DNA of 64,000 bases from Candidatus Undinarchaeota archaeon (GTDB taxonomy: Archaea > SpSt-1190 > JASMDC01): the NCBI GenBank assembly GCA_964519305.1, contig CAZFHY010000001.1:250132-314131 (forward strand), read 5' to 3'. Under the pieces are notes generated by a model. That model was not told where the DNA came from. It did no database searches and saw nothing but the letters and a program-made list of their open reading frames with translations. Position 1 is the stretch's first letter. Each line of letters starts with the position of its first letter. The position numbers were made by a program, and so were the translations under genes. Below are positions 55,505-64,000 of this stretch, in pieces.

Positions 55505-57043
55505 ATGGGACTTCCATTCCTCGTACCCCGTGTCCTTTCCCTCGCGCTCGTTCTCTTAGTCGCACTCCTCGTCCACCTGCGCCGGGATATCAAGACCTCC
55601 CTGCCCCGCACGACCAAGGACCATCGCCTCCTCTTGGCAGTGGTGCTCGTGCTCGGCCTCGTGGTCCGGCTCAACGGCCCCTTCGCCCACGCGGTGTATA
55701 TGGATGAGTGGAGCTATCTCGAGGGCGCCCGCACCCTCCTATTCACGGGGCGACATGAGCTCTGTCGGGACGGCATCGTGCTCCAATGCACTGCGACCGG
55801 GGGAACGCCCAATCCAACTGGCTACCCCTTGGCGGCCGCTATGACGTTCGCCCTGGCGGGAGTGGGAGCGGGCCAGGCGATGGCGCTCAATCTGGGTGCA
55901 GGCATCGTTACCATCATTGCGGTCTACCTCCTCGCCCTTGTCCTCCTTCGTCGTCCTTGGGCCGCATTGGCCGCCGCCATGCTCATGGCGACGCTCCCCC
56001 TCCACGTGCGCCACTCGTCCACCGCCGGGACCGAGGCTGTCTCCCTCCTCATGGTAACTGTGGCGCTTTTTTGTGCCGCTCTCGTCCCCATGATCCCGCG
56101 CAGGAAAACCCTTGGAGCGGCCATCCTCGCAGCCACCCTCGCGGTGTCCGTACGACCCGAGAACCTCCTCGTCCTCCCTCTGGCCGCTCTCTTCGCAGCG
56201 CAAGGGCCGGGCCGTCGCGTGGTCCGCAGCCCGATACCCGTGTTGGCGACAATGGTCCTCGTGCTGCCCTTGGTCAGCAGACGAGCGGGGGCCGCTGAAG
56301 CATGGTCGTTCTCCCTGGCGTACGTGACGGGAAAGATCAATTACCTTTACTTCTGGGCAGGGCTCACCACCCACCTCACCCCGCTCTTCCACACACCCGT
56401 GCTCGCCCTCCTGGCTTTAGGTGGTGTATGGGAGCTCCGACGCAGGGACCGTACGACCCTGGGACTACTTGCAGTGTGGTTCGGATCGTTCTTCGTCGTG
56501 TATCTGGCATACGTGCTCTCCGCTTCCTATCGCTTCATGTTAACATGCTATCCCCCCGTTCTCCTCCTGGCCGGTCTGGGTGCGGAGGGGATCGCTAATC
56601 GAGCAGGTGGATCAAGAGGTGGCGTCCTCGCTTTGGCCGCCCTCCTCGTGGCGGTCGTGCCCGCCTTACCCACAGGCCTCGATCCGGGGGACCAGCATCG
56701 TGTGTTCCAGCCTGAGGTGGACTTCCTCGTAGCCGCGTCACGGGCCCTCCCCGCGGGATGCACCATCGTAACGTTCAATCCCTTCCTGGCGACATTCGCT
56801 ACGGACCGTCCGGCCTTGGATATAGGTCAGGGAGAGGTCGCCCTTGACCGGTCCAGCCGGGGAGAATGCTTGGCGCTCTTCGAGGACTCATTCTGCACCT
56901 GGCGGCCCAATGAGAATTCCGATCCCGGACGCTGCGATTTCTACCATCTGAACTTCGAGCTGGAGGAAGTGCGTAGTGCAATCAACTCACGAACGAAGAC
57001 AACGGTCGGCCTTTCCCTCCTGAACACGAGGAAGGAAAGCTAG
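55505..57043 (+). CDS. GT-C membrane glycosyltransferase (GT-C 9, more distant homologue)
   Basis: YMDEWSY, CRDGIVLQC, TGYP, LPLHVRHS, RPEN, YRFM; GGTGA SD upstream. Confidence 0.85.
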   Translation: MGLPFLVPRVLSLALVLLVALLVHLRRDIKTSLPRTTKDHRLLLAVVLVLGLVVRLNGPFAHAVYMDEWSYLEGARTLLFTGRHELCRDGIVLQCTATGGTPNPTGYPLAAAMTFALAGVGAGQAMALNLGAGIVTIIAVYLLALVLLRRPWAALAAAMLMATLPLHVRHSSTAGTEAVSLLMVTVALFCAALVPMIPRRKTLGAAILAATLAVSVRPENLLVLPLAALFAAQGPGRRVVRSPIPVLATMVLVLPLVSRRAGAAEAWSFSLAYVTGKINYLYFWAGLTTHLTPLFHTPVLALLALGGVWELRRRDRTTLGLLAVWFGSFFVVYLAYVLSASYRFMLTCYPPVLLLAGLGAEGIANRAGGSRGGVLALAALLVAVVPALPTGLDPGDQHRVFQPEVDFLVAASRALPAGCTIVTFNPFLATFATDRPALDIGQGEVALDRSSRGECLALFEDSFCTWRPNENSDPGRCDFYHLNFELEEVRSAINSRTKTTVGLSLLNTRKES

Positions 57044-57711
57044 TACTGGCCCTGTTGCTGCTGGTAGTAGTTGTAGTAGGATTGGCCTCCGTACCCGCTC
57101 CCGTAGTAGTACGGCATTGACTGGGATTGGGCCGCGGCCGCGGCCTTCTCCTCCTTCTGTTGCTTGATGAGTAGGACGACAGAGCCTATGAACACGACAG
57201 CTGCGATGCCACCGACGACCATGAGCAGGTTCTCGTTCGGCCCGGTTTCCTCGGGGATCGGGAGCTCGATCGGTAAGGGTGTGGGTGTCGGGGTGAGTGT
57301 TATGCCTGCGGTAGCGGGCGTATCGGCCATGCAGTCCTTGACCGTGACATCGACGGTCTTGGTGGCCTTGTATCCGGGTGCCGTCGATGTAGTGGCCGTG
57401 ATCGTGAGCTCGTGCGAACCTGCGGACACCGTTGGCGGAATGACGAACTGGATGCGGTTGACGGCGGCCACCCCCATACCGAGGTTGAACTCCCATGCCT
57501 TGCGGACACAGAAGTCGGACGCCGCTCCATCGAGCTTGATAGTGAATAGGGCGTTGCCGTCGAGCTTGTTGGTGAGCGTCACGTCCATGGACTTGTCCTC
57601 GCCACGACAGGCACCCCAGCCCTCGTTGGCGACATCGATCTCCATTATCTTGAGAGCTGTCGAACTGGTGAATAGCAGGAGCACCAGAAACGCCACATAC
57701 CTCGCTCTCAT
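57040..57711 (-). CDS. Exported single Ig-like domain protein with TM anchor and Tyr/Gln-rich tail
   Basis: Signal peptide, beta domain, TPTPTP linker, TM, YYYGSGYGGQSYYNYYQQQQGQY. Confidence 0.8.
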   Translation of the reverse strand: MRARYVAFLVLLLFTSSTALKIMEIDVANEGWGACRGEDKSMDVTLTNKLDGNALFTIKLDGAASDFCVRKAWEFNLGMGVAAVNRIQFVIPPTVSAGSHELTITATTSTAPGYKATKTVDVTVKDCMADTPATAGITLTPTPTPLPIELPIPEETGPNENLLMVVGGIAAVVFIGSVVLLIKQQKEEKAAAAAQSQSMPYYYGSGYGGQSYYNYYQQQQGQY

Positions 57712-57790
57712 AGCCGTATTACCAAAGGTGCTACTTGTTTTTAAATATTGACAGGTGTTATATAATACGCAGTACATAGAGGAGAGTATC

Positions 57791-60700
57791 ATGCGCGCAG
57801 CTACAGCATTGCTCATATTTTTCATACTGCTCGCGCCCTCCGCCCTTGCTGAAAACAACCATGTCTGGTTCGACACCAAGGACGGTCCCGAGGCGAAGAG
57901 CGTGACGGTGTACTGGGGTGAGACCGAGCGCATCCCCATCTACATCCGTCATAATTACACCTTCATCAAGAAGCTTGATGTGGTGTTCGCCATCGACATC
58001 TCAGGGTCCATGGTGGACGACCTCCAGCAGCTACGCACTCAGTGGAACAGCATCCTTTCCATGTTCTCCCGGTTCTCCCAGAACGATTACCGCATCGCGT
58101 TCATACCCTACTCGGGGAAGCAGACATTGCGCGTGGACGAGAGCCTCGTCACCGCCTTCCTATCGAGTCAGACACAGGTCAACGAGATCACACAGTACGT
58201 GGACCAGCTACCCTCCTCCTCGAGCGTGGGAGGGGGCGGCGGGTGCCGCGAGTACACTTATGACGCCCTCTACTTCATCGCCAACCGCGGGTGGACCGGC
58301 ATCCCTCGGCTGAACTGCTACCCTGTCGGCGAGGCGTGCGAGTGGCGCGAGGACGCCCTTAAGGTCGTGTACGTCATCACGGACGCAGGGGTCGAGGCGG
58401 ACCAGTACGATATGCTCAAACGCCTTGTCACCAACGCCTACGTTAACGCGGGCATCTACCTGTTCGGCATCACGCCCGGCGATAAGTCGGCATGCCCCCC
58501 CACTTGCGAGTGCAAGAGCGGCGGATCCCTGTGCTCGGTCAACGAGGACTGCTGTTCCGATGAATGCAACGGTGGTTCGTGCTCTTCGCCCATGGACCCG
58601 TGCTACGACCTCAGCCATGCGGCACCGGCCACAGGAGGACAGTACTACAGCGGGTTCCATCTCTCATTCCTTGAGCAGCAGCTGGCAAAGGCGTTCGAGG
58701 ACATCGATTACAACACCTTCAAAGTGACCCTTGGCCACGCAGGCGCGCTCACGACCGTTGTCGACGGTCTGGAGAACTGCCCCAGCGGCGAAGGAAAGTG
58801 CATCGACCTCGAGGTGGGTGAGTGCAAGACCCCGGAGGCACACCCGTGCGGTAAGCTCTTCTATCTCGATGTCACTGCTCCCGATAACACAGATCCCCAG
58901 AGCTACAGCCAGTCGGTCACTACCGAGATCCAAGGCACAAGCATCACGGAGTCCATCGAGCTCACCGTCGATGTCAAGGTCCCGGCCGACCTGACAACGG
59001 ATATGCGAGCAGTCTACGACGAGGGAAAGACCTACGTGTTCTTCAACGTAAAGAACACGGGAAAGAGCCGGGTTACGCCCCGGTTCAGTCAGTTCGAGCT
59101 CACCTGCCAGAGCGTGGAAGCGCGCCTGTCATTCCCCATGCAGCTCACGGACCTTGATCCGGGAGAATCGTTCCTGGGCATCGGTGTGTGCACCGATGTG
59201 ATCGGAGTGGACGAGGACGTGAACGTCGAGCTCACCATGAGCTTCGGCGATGCCGAGCAGGACAACGTGCTCGAGGAGAAGTTGCTGAAGGTCACGGCCA
59301 ATCCCGACATCTTCTCGGGCCAGGCCACCTATTATCCCGTGTCGCAACGGGTCGATATCCAGGTATCGGGCAGCGGCCTAGAGTACGCCTTGGTCCGTGT
59401 CGCCGACAAGAATACCGATAATGACGAGGTGACACCAAAGAAGCGGACGACTATGCTCCAGAACATCTCCCTCCCGGGCATCTCGCCGGAGGTCATGGAT
59501 CGCAGCGATATCATCGTGTACGCCAAGGCAGGTGGCGCGATCTCCCGACGACGCATCTCGCCCGGCCATGCTTACTTCGACGTGGACGCCCCGGGGACGG
59601 CCCTGGGCGACCTGGCCGGTTGGGACCAGGGTACGTTCTGGATCACCAGTCCGTACGAGCATACCATGTACACCAACGCCAGTCTCCCGATCGTCATAAA
59701 CACGGTCATGGGCGACACATTCACACTCACAGTGAACAACGTGACGGCCTCTGCCCCCATCAAGGCCACGGACGAGACCAAGAAGTTCACTATGAAGGGC
59801 GCCAAGGTCCATGCTGGCCGACAGAACGGTACCTACGACCGACGTATAGAAGTAGATCTGCTCCTCGAGGACGTCAAGGGGACCGCCGAGATCAGCCTTC
59901 TGGGTACCAAGAGCTCGGGACTCAAGGTCACTATCAAGTACGAGATCAAGTTCCCTTATATCGTCGATGTTCTCCCCGCGCTCGCTATCATCCCCCGACG
60001 CTCAGCATCATTCGCCGCAGCGATCACCAACAACCAGGAGGCCGACGCGCCCATGGAACTGTGCGCTTGGGGAGAGAAACTGACCGTGACGATCGACGGC
60101 CAGGCGGTGTCGGACAAGACCTGCATCACGGTGCCTTCCATGGTACCAGGAACTCCCAAGAACGTCAACGTCACAGTGACGCTGGACGGCGAGGAGGCGA
60201 CCACCCTCACGATGGTGGCACGTCATCCCTCGGAGATCTCGAACAAGCGGACCATGACGGTGGCGATCAATCCCGCCTCCTTCACCGAGTCCACCATGTC
60301 GGCCTCGTGCAAGCGGAGCGAGTCACAGATCAAGTGCACCATGCAGTTCACGAACTCGGGCAACCTACCGACCTCGTACTATTACGGGTTCGTCGCCGAC
60401 GGTTTCACCACGGAAATACCCTTCGCAGAGGTCACTGGCGTCAAGCCCCGCGACACCCAGGTCAAGACCGTGTCCACCGAGTTCCTCCCCTACGAGATCA
60501 CCGCTCCTCAGCGGGACATCATCAAAGGGCTTGGCAAGATGGTATTCCTGGCAAACCTCGTGGTCAAGAACGATAACTTTACGAAAACTGACATCTTCGG
60601 GGACTCGCTGGACGTATCCTCACTGGTAGGGGCCCTGGAGAGCATGGGTGAGATGGGGCTCGCCACAAAGGTCAAGGCCCTCAAGGATACGCCAGGACAG

Positions 60701-62146
60701 GCGGTCGCCACAGCGGTAATCGAAGAGACCAAGGCCTACATCGACGCCCTCAAGGAGAGCGCTGCCGCCTCCATGAAGCTCACAACGCGATCGTCCATCA
60801 CCGTCCTTCCGTTCATAGCGGACAAGCCCGTGATGGTGGAGGGGAAGACCAACGTGACATTCCGGGAGGACCGGACGAACGTCCCCTTCTCGCTCCAGCT
60901 GGATACCGAACTGGAAGTGCCCGAACGTATCCCCGCCATGGAAGGCGAGGAGGTGACCTTCACCGCATCGGTCACGAGCCTGGCCCCCTTCGCGGCCTCG
61001 TTCGACATCCTTCTCACCAGCTCCGACCCCGACCACCCCACGGTCAAGCTGCTAGAGAACCAGCGTATAGAGCCGCGTGGGACGCTTCCCGTGAGCATCC
61101 CCCTACCCACAGGCCTGGCCTCGGGCGATTACAAGCTCTATTTCAAGACCAGACCCCACGGCACCCAGAGCTATACCAAGAGCGCCAGCTCGGTGCTCGA
61201 GATCTCCCAAGTGCGGCTCGTCGACATGGACGTCACGGCCGTGAACACCAGCGTCAAGGGCCTGGCGGGCTCATTGCCACCCTTTGTGTTCACCATCACA
61301 AATACGGGGAACAGCGAGGAGACGTTCACAGTGAAGGCCACTACCGCTACGGACAAGGTGACCATCGATCCGGACAAGCCCCTGATAAAGACGGGTGAGG
61401 CCAAGGACGTTACAGTGACGCTTGTAGTACCGCCCGAGCAGACCGAGGACTTCCAGGTTGCGCTCGAGATCGCACCACGCTCAGACACATCGAAGGCGAA
61501 GGAGCTCATGTTCGACGTTTTCGTGGTCTCGCCCGACATCCGTGTTCTGGACTTCCCTACCAACATCACTGAAGAGGGGACCATCACCTTCGTCAACGAG
61601 GGTGACGGGGAGGGTACAGTCTCCGTCCAACTGGAGGGTCTCAACGCCGAATGCGTGACCTTGGATAACGCTACGATCAAACTCGCTCCTGGTGAGCGTG
61701 GAACGGTTAAGCTGACGAACACGTGCCCCGAGGTAGGGGACATCAAGGTCCGGGCCGAAGCACCGGGATTGTCCGACAGCCGTGACCTCTCCCTCAAGCC
61801 CAAACCCACCCCCACACCCGAGCCCACACCGACACCCATTCCCGAGCCGAAGTCCTTGTCCAAGGCACCGATCATCGTCCTTGTGCTCCTGGCCCTTGGT
61901 TCGGTAGGTCTGGTCATGTCGAAGAAGAAGAAGAAGATGAAGCCAGGGGCTAAGGGAGCCGCCGCAGCTGGCGCTGCCGCCAAGGGTACGCCGTCGGCCT
62001 ACGCGCAGCAGTACCCCTACAAGTCATCGTACATGAACAGCAAGTACGCCGCCTACTACCGCCAGCAGCAGGCCAGGGGCCAGCAGCCAGGTCAGGTCCA
62101 GCAACAGCAGGCCATGGCCCGGCAGCAGCAGATGCAGCGACGGTAG
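57791..62146 (+). CDS. Large surface protein: vWA domain, Cys-rich insert, Ig-like repeats, TM and Gln/Tyr tail
   Basis: Signal peptide; MIDAS DISGS, WREDALKVVYVITDA; TNTGN-type Ig motifs; PTPTPEPTPTP; TM plus KKKKK. Confidence 0.9.
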   Translation: MRAATALLIFFILLAPSALAENNHVWFDTKDGPEAKSVTVYWGETERIPIYIRHNYTFIKKLDVVFAIDISGSMVDDLQQLRTQWNSILSMFSRFSQNDYRIAFIPYSGKQTLRVDESLVTAFLSSQTQVNEITQYVDQLPSSSSVGGGGGCREYTYDALYFIANRGWTGIPRLNCYPVGEACEWREDALKVVYVITDAGVEADQYDMLKRLVTNAYVNAGIYLFGITPGDKSACPPTCECKSGGSLCSVNEDCCSDECNGGSCSSPMDPCYDLSHAAPATGGQYYSGFHLSFLEQQLAKAFEDIDYNTFKVTLGHAGALTTVVDGLENCPSGEGKCIDLEVGECKTPEAHPCGKLFYLDVTAPDNTDPQSYSQSVTTEIQGTSITESIELTVDVKVPADLTTDMRAVYDEGKTYVFFNVKNTGKSRVTPRFSQFELTCQSVEARLSFPMQLTDLDPGESFLGIGVCTDVIGVDEDVNVELTMSFGDAEQDNVLEEKLLKVTANPDIFSGQATYYPVSQRVDIQVSGSGLEYALVRVADKNTDNDEVTPKKRTTMLQNISLPGISPEVMDRSDIIVYAKAGGAISRRRISPGHAYFDVDAPGTALGDLAGWDQGTFWITSPYEHTMYTNASLPIVINTVMGDTFTLTVNNVTASAPIKATDETKKFTMKGAKVHAGRQNGTYDRRIEVDLLLEDVKGTAEISLLGTKSSGLKVTIKYEIKFPYIVDVLPALAIIPRRSASFAAAITNNQEADAPMELCAWGEKLTVTIDGQAVSDKTCITVPSMVPGTPKNVNVTVTLDGEEATTLTMVARHPSEISNKRTMTVAINPASFTESTMSASCKRSESQIKCTMQFTNSGNLPTSYYYGFVADGFTTEIPFAEVTGVKPRDTQVKTVSTEFLPYEITAPQRDIIKGLGKMVFLANLVVKNDNFTKTDIFGDSLDVSSLVGALESMGEMGLATKVKALKDTPGQAVATAVIEETKAYIDALKESAAASMKLTTRSSITVLPFIADKPVMVEGKTNVTFREDRTNVPFSLQLDTELEVPERIPAMEGEEVTFTASVTSLAPFAASFDILLTSSDPDHPTVKLLENQRIEPRGTLPVSIPLPTGLASGDYKLYFKTRPHGTQSYTKSASSVLEISQVRLVDMDVTAVNTSVKGLAGSLPPFVFTITNTGNSEETFTVKATTATDKVTIDPDKPLIKTGEAKDVTVTLVVPPEQTEDFQVALEIAPRSDTSKAKELMFDVFVVSPDIRVLDFPTNITEEGTITFVNEGDGEGTVSVQLEGLNAECVTLDNATIKLAPGERGTVKLTNTCPEVGDIKVRAEAPGLSDSRDLSLKPKPTPTPEPTPTPIPEPKSLSKAPIIVLVLLALGSVGLVMSKKKKKMKPGAKGAAAAGAAAKGTPSAYAQQYPYKSSYMNSKYAAYYRQQQARGQQPGQVQQQQAMARQQQMQRR

Positions 62147-62361
62147 TGCGTATGGACGACCGGGCACTCCTCTACCTAGTGCTCGTGGTCTCGATACTAT
62201 CGCTCGTTGTCAGTCTGATGGTCCTCACTGAGGTCCGGACCAAGGCAGAGATCCCTCCCGATAACGCCATCTCCACGTCGGTCAATGGCCAGATCACCGA
62301 TAGCGTCACCCAATCAGCCCCGACCACGGTGAATGGCCAGATCACTGACTCTGTGACCTAG
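62146..62361 (+). CDS. Small membrane-anchored peptide with a duplicated VNGQITDSVT motif
   Basis: Start overlaps the upstream stop; one TM helix; repeat is conserved at the amino-acid level. Confidence 0.8.
   Translation: MRMDDRALLYLVLVVSILSLVVSLMVLTEVRTKAEIPPDNAISTSVNGQITDSVTQSAPTTVNGQITDSVT
62281..62358 (+). repeat. Two 30-nt coding repeats (62281-62310 and 62329-62358)
   Basis: Identical peptide; 5 of 10 codons differ synonymously. Confidence 0.9.
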
Positions 62362-62464
62362 AGGCCTGTCTTTCCGTCCGGTACTGGTTGACGCACTACC
62401 TCCAGCACGGTGTCGTCCCGGGGCCCGATCAAGGGGCGATGATGTGGTCGCCCGGCTAGCTCCG

Positions 62465-64000
62465 CTAGATCGCGTACATGACGAAGAGCCCCGTCATGAG
62501 CCCGATAAGGGTGGTGAGCACGATCACGAGAGCGAAGTGCTTGCCCATGACCTCTGCCTCCATCTCGGAGCTCTCCCCGAGCACCATCACCGCGTTGTTG
62601 ATCTTTGCAGGCGTGATTGCACTGGCGACACCGCCCGCCGCGGCATGGCTGCCGAAAACTGTCATGAAGCTTTCGTCCAGGCCTAGGCTGGAGCACGCGT
62701 TCCGTTGGATGCCCATGAACATCACGTTGGACCCGGTCTCCGAGCCACCCACCAGGGCGCCGAAGAGCCCGAGGAATGCCGCTGCGAGCACGTACCACGA
62801 ACCGAAGAACCCGGCAAGCGTGTCCGCCACCACCAGGTTCATGTTCTGTGCGGCGAAGTTCGGTCCCGCGACCAGGGCCCCGTCAGCGGCAATGACCTTG
62901 GCCGAGTTGGCCATGACGAACGCGATGGCGAAGTACACGGAATAGGCGATGAGCGGCTGGAGCACGCGGTTCTTCCAGTTGGTGACCGCCGTGGACAGTT
63001 GCTCCCTCGTAGGCCTCAGGAAGGGGAGCGAGAGGAGCGTGGCGACGAATATCCACGTATAGATCTCCCTGAGCGCGTTGAGGTCCACACGCTGGTCGGC
63101 GAACACGGTGAACCGCTCCATGTCCCCTGGGAGGTCGGTCAGCCATCCGTCGACAGAGGGATGGCTTATGATCATGGCCAGAGCCACTAAAATGATCCAA
63201 GGAGAGAGGGCCCTTGCGAGCTCGCCCATGTCGAGCGGTCCCGGCGCTTCTTTGGTATCCTCATCCTCGTCTTCCGGCTCCTTGTCATCCGCACCCCCGG
63301 ACACGAACCGCTGGTAACCGTACAGTACGAGCATGCAGATCAGCCCAGCGACTATACCGATTATCCTGACGGGGATGAGTCGGTACTTTGAGAAGAGGAT
63401 GCAAGGTACGGCGATGCTCAGGCCACACAGGACCGCGGGGACCCACCCCTTTCGTACCGACTTCTTCCCGCCGACGACCCATAGGATGGCCAGGGCCAGA
63501 CCTACCGAAACAACGGGTAGGAAGAGCGATATCTTGTAGGAGAACGCGAACGGATCGATCTTACCGATATCAGCGGGCAATGTTATGGGTATGGCGAGCA
63601 GGGCGTATGAGGTTGTGGCGTTGTAGCCGAGCACCGAGATCACTACCGCTGAGACGGCGCTGAATCCCATGGCCACGAGCAGTGGCGGGAAGAGGGCGGG
63701 AGTGACGACACCGAGGGACGTGAGGAAGGAACCGAGCCCGACGCCGATGAAGAGCGACTGTTCCTCGGGTGTGGCGGAGATCCGGTTGATAGCGCTGGAT
63801 ATGGTGGTCAACGCCCCCGCCTCCTTCATGATTAGCACCATCATCATTGTGCAGAGCACTGCTATGGTGATGCCGAACGACTTGATCAGCCCGTAAGCAG
63901 AGGAGCCCAGGGCCACGTTGAGCGGAGTATCAAAGAACACCATCGAGATGATGATTACCAGGGCCAGACCTACCACGGCCATCTTGGCGCCGCTCTGTTT
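62465..64000 (-). CDS. lctP: L-lactate permease family transporter, 5' end outside the window
   Basis: Frame is open to the window edge; GGSETGSNVMF, GGVASAITPAKI; many TM helices. Confidence 0.85.
   Translation of the reverse strand, partial: KQSGAKMAVVGLALVIIISMVFFDTPLNVALGSSAYGLIKSFGITIAVLCTMMMVLIMKEAGALTTISSAINRISATPEEQSLFIGVGLGSFLTSLGVVTPALFPPLLVAMGFSAVSAVVISVLGYNATTSYALLAIPITLPADIGKIDPFAFSYKISLFLPVVSVGLALAILWVVGGKKSVRKGWVPAVLCGLSIAVPCILFSKYRLIPVRIIGIVAGLICMLVLYGYQRFVSGGADDKEPEDEDEDTKEAPGPLDMGELARALSPWIILVALAMIISHPSVDGWLTDLPGDMERFTVFADQRVDLNALREIYTWIFVATLLSLPFLRPTREQLSTAVTNWKNRVLQPLIAYSVYFAIAFVMANSAKVIAADGALVAGPNFAAQNMNLVVADTLAGFFGSWYVLAAAFLGLFGALVGGSETGSNVMFMGIQRNACSSLGLDESFMTVFGSHAAAGGVASAITPAKINNAVMVLGESSEMEAEVMGKHFALVIVLTTLIGLMTGLFVMYAI

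Noticed and set aside
1074-63896. Many long alternative-frame and antisense ORFs (e.g. 1074-1835, 14538-15338, 36235-37116, 53425-54183, 59620-60576, 61171-61983)
   Set aside because: They overlap well-supported genes and have Arg/Ser/Pro-rich shadow composition expected in high-GC DNA.
1-64000. Mobile element, provirus, rRNA/tRNA genes or CRISPR array
   Set aside because: No transposase, integrase, capsid, cloverleaf or regularly spaced repeat was recognised. Intergenic gaps are short, although small RNAs could be missed by eye.

Overview
GC-rich archaeal chromosomal segment: it carries TFB, SepCysS, and TATA boxes about 23-25 nt upstream of many start codons. The lineage cannot be assigned from the sequence alone. 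The left part (1-19.6 kb) is mostly housekeeping: tfb, a WtpABC tungstate transporter with moeA, NAD kinase, a fused LeuC-LeuD-type aconitase, lipoate ligase, and SepCysS preceded by a 59-aa partner gene that the ORF track missed. The main feature is a ~37 kb accessory locus (19.6-57.0 kb). It holds nine GT-C-like (PMT/ArnT-type) membrane glycosyltransferases; seven are close paralogues that start MPSPL, each with its own promoter, and five of those promoters carry a GAACCT-N6-AGGTTC palindrome (three perfect, two degenerate). Interleaved are two QueC-like PP-loop ATPases, two UbiU/UbiV-like U32 pairs, three radical SAM enzymes (one B12-dependent), an AsnB-like amidotransferase, a Trm112-like-fused methyltransferase, GT2, GT4 and a DUF362 Fe-S protein. 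I infer this is an uncharacterised anaerobic pathway for tailoring and diversifying surface glycans or glycolipids. The right end encodes a vWA-domain surface protein, a divergent partner with a similar Tyr/Gln tail, a small membrane peptide with a synonymously diverged perfect repeat, and a 5'-truncated L-lactate permease. I saw no rRNA, tRNA, CRISPR array or transposase. All product calls come from motif recognition by eye, not from database searches.
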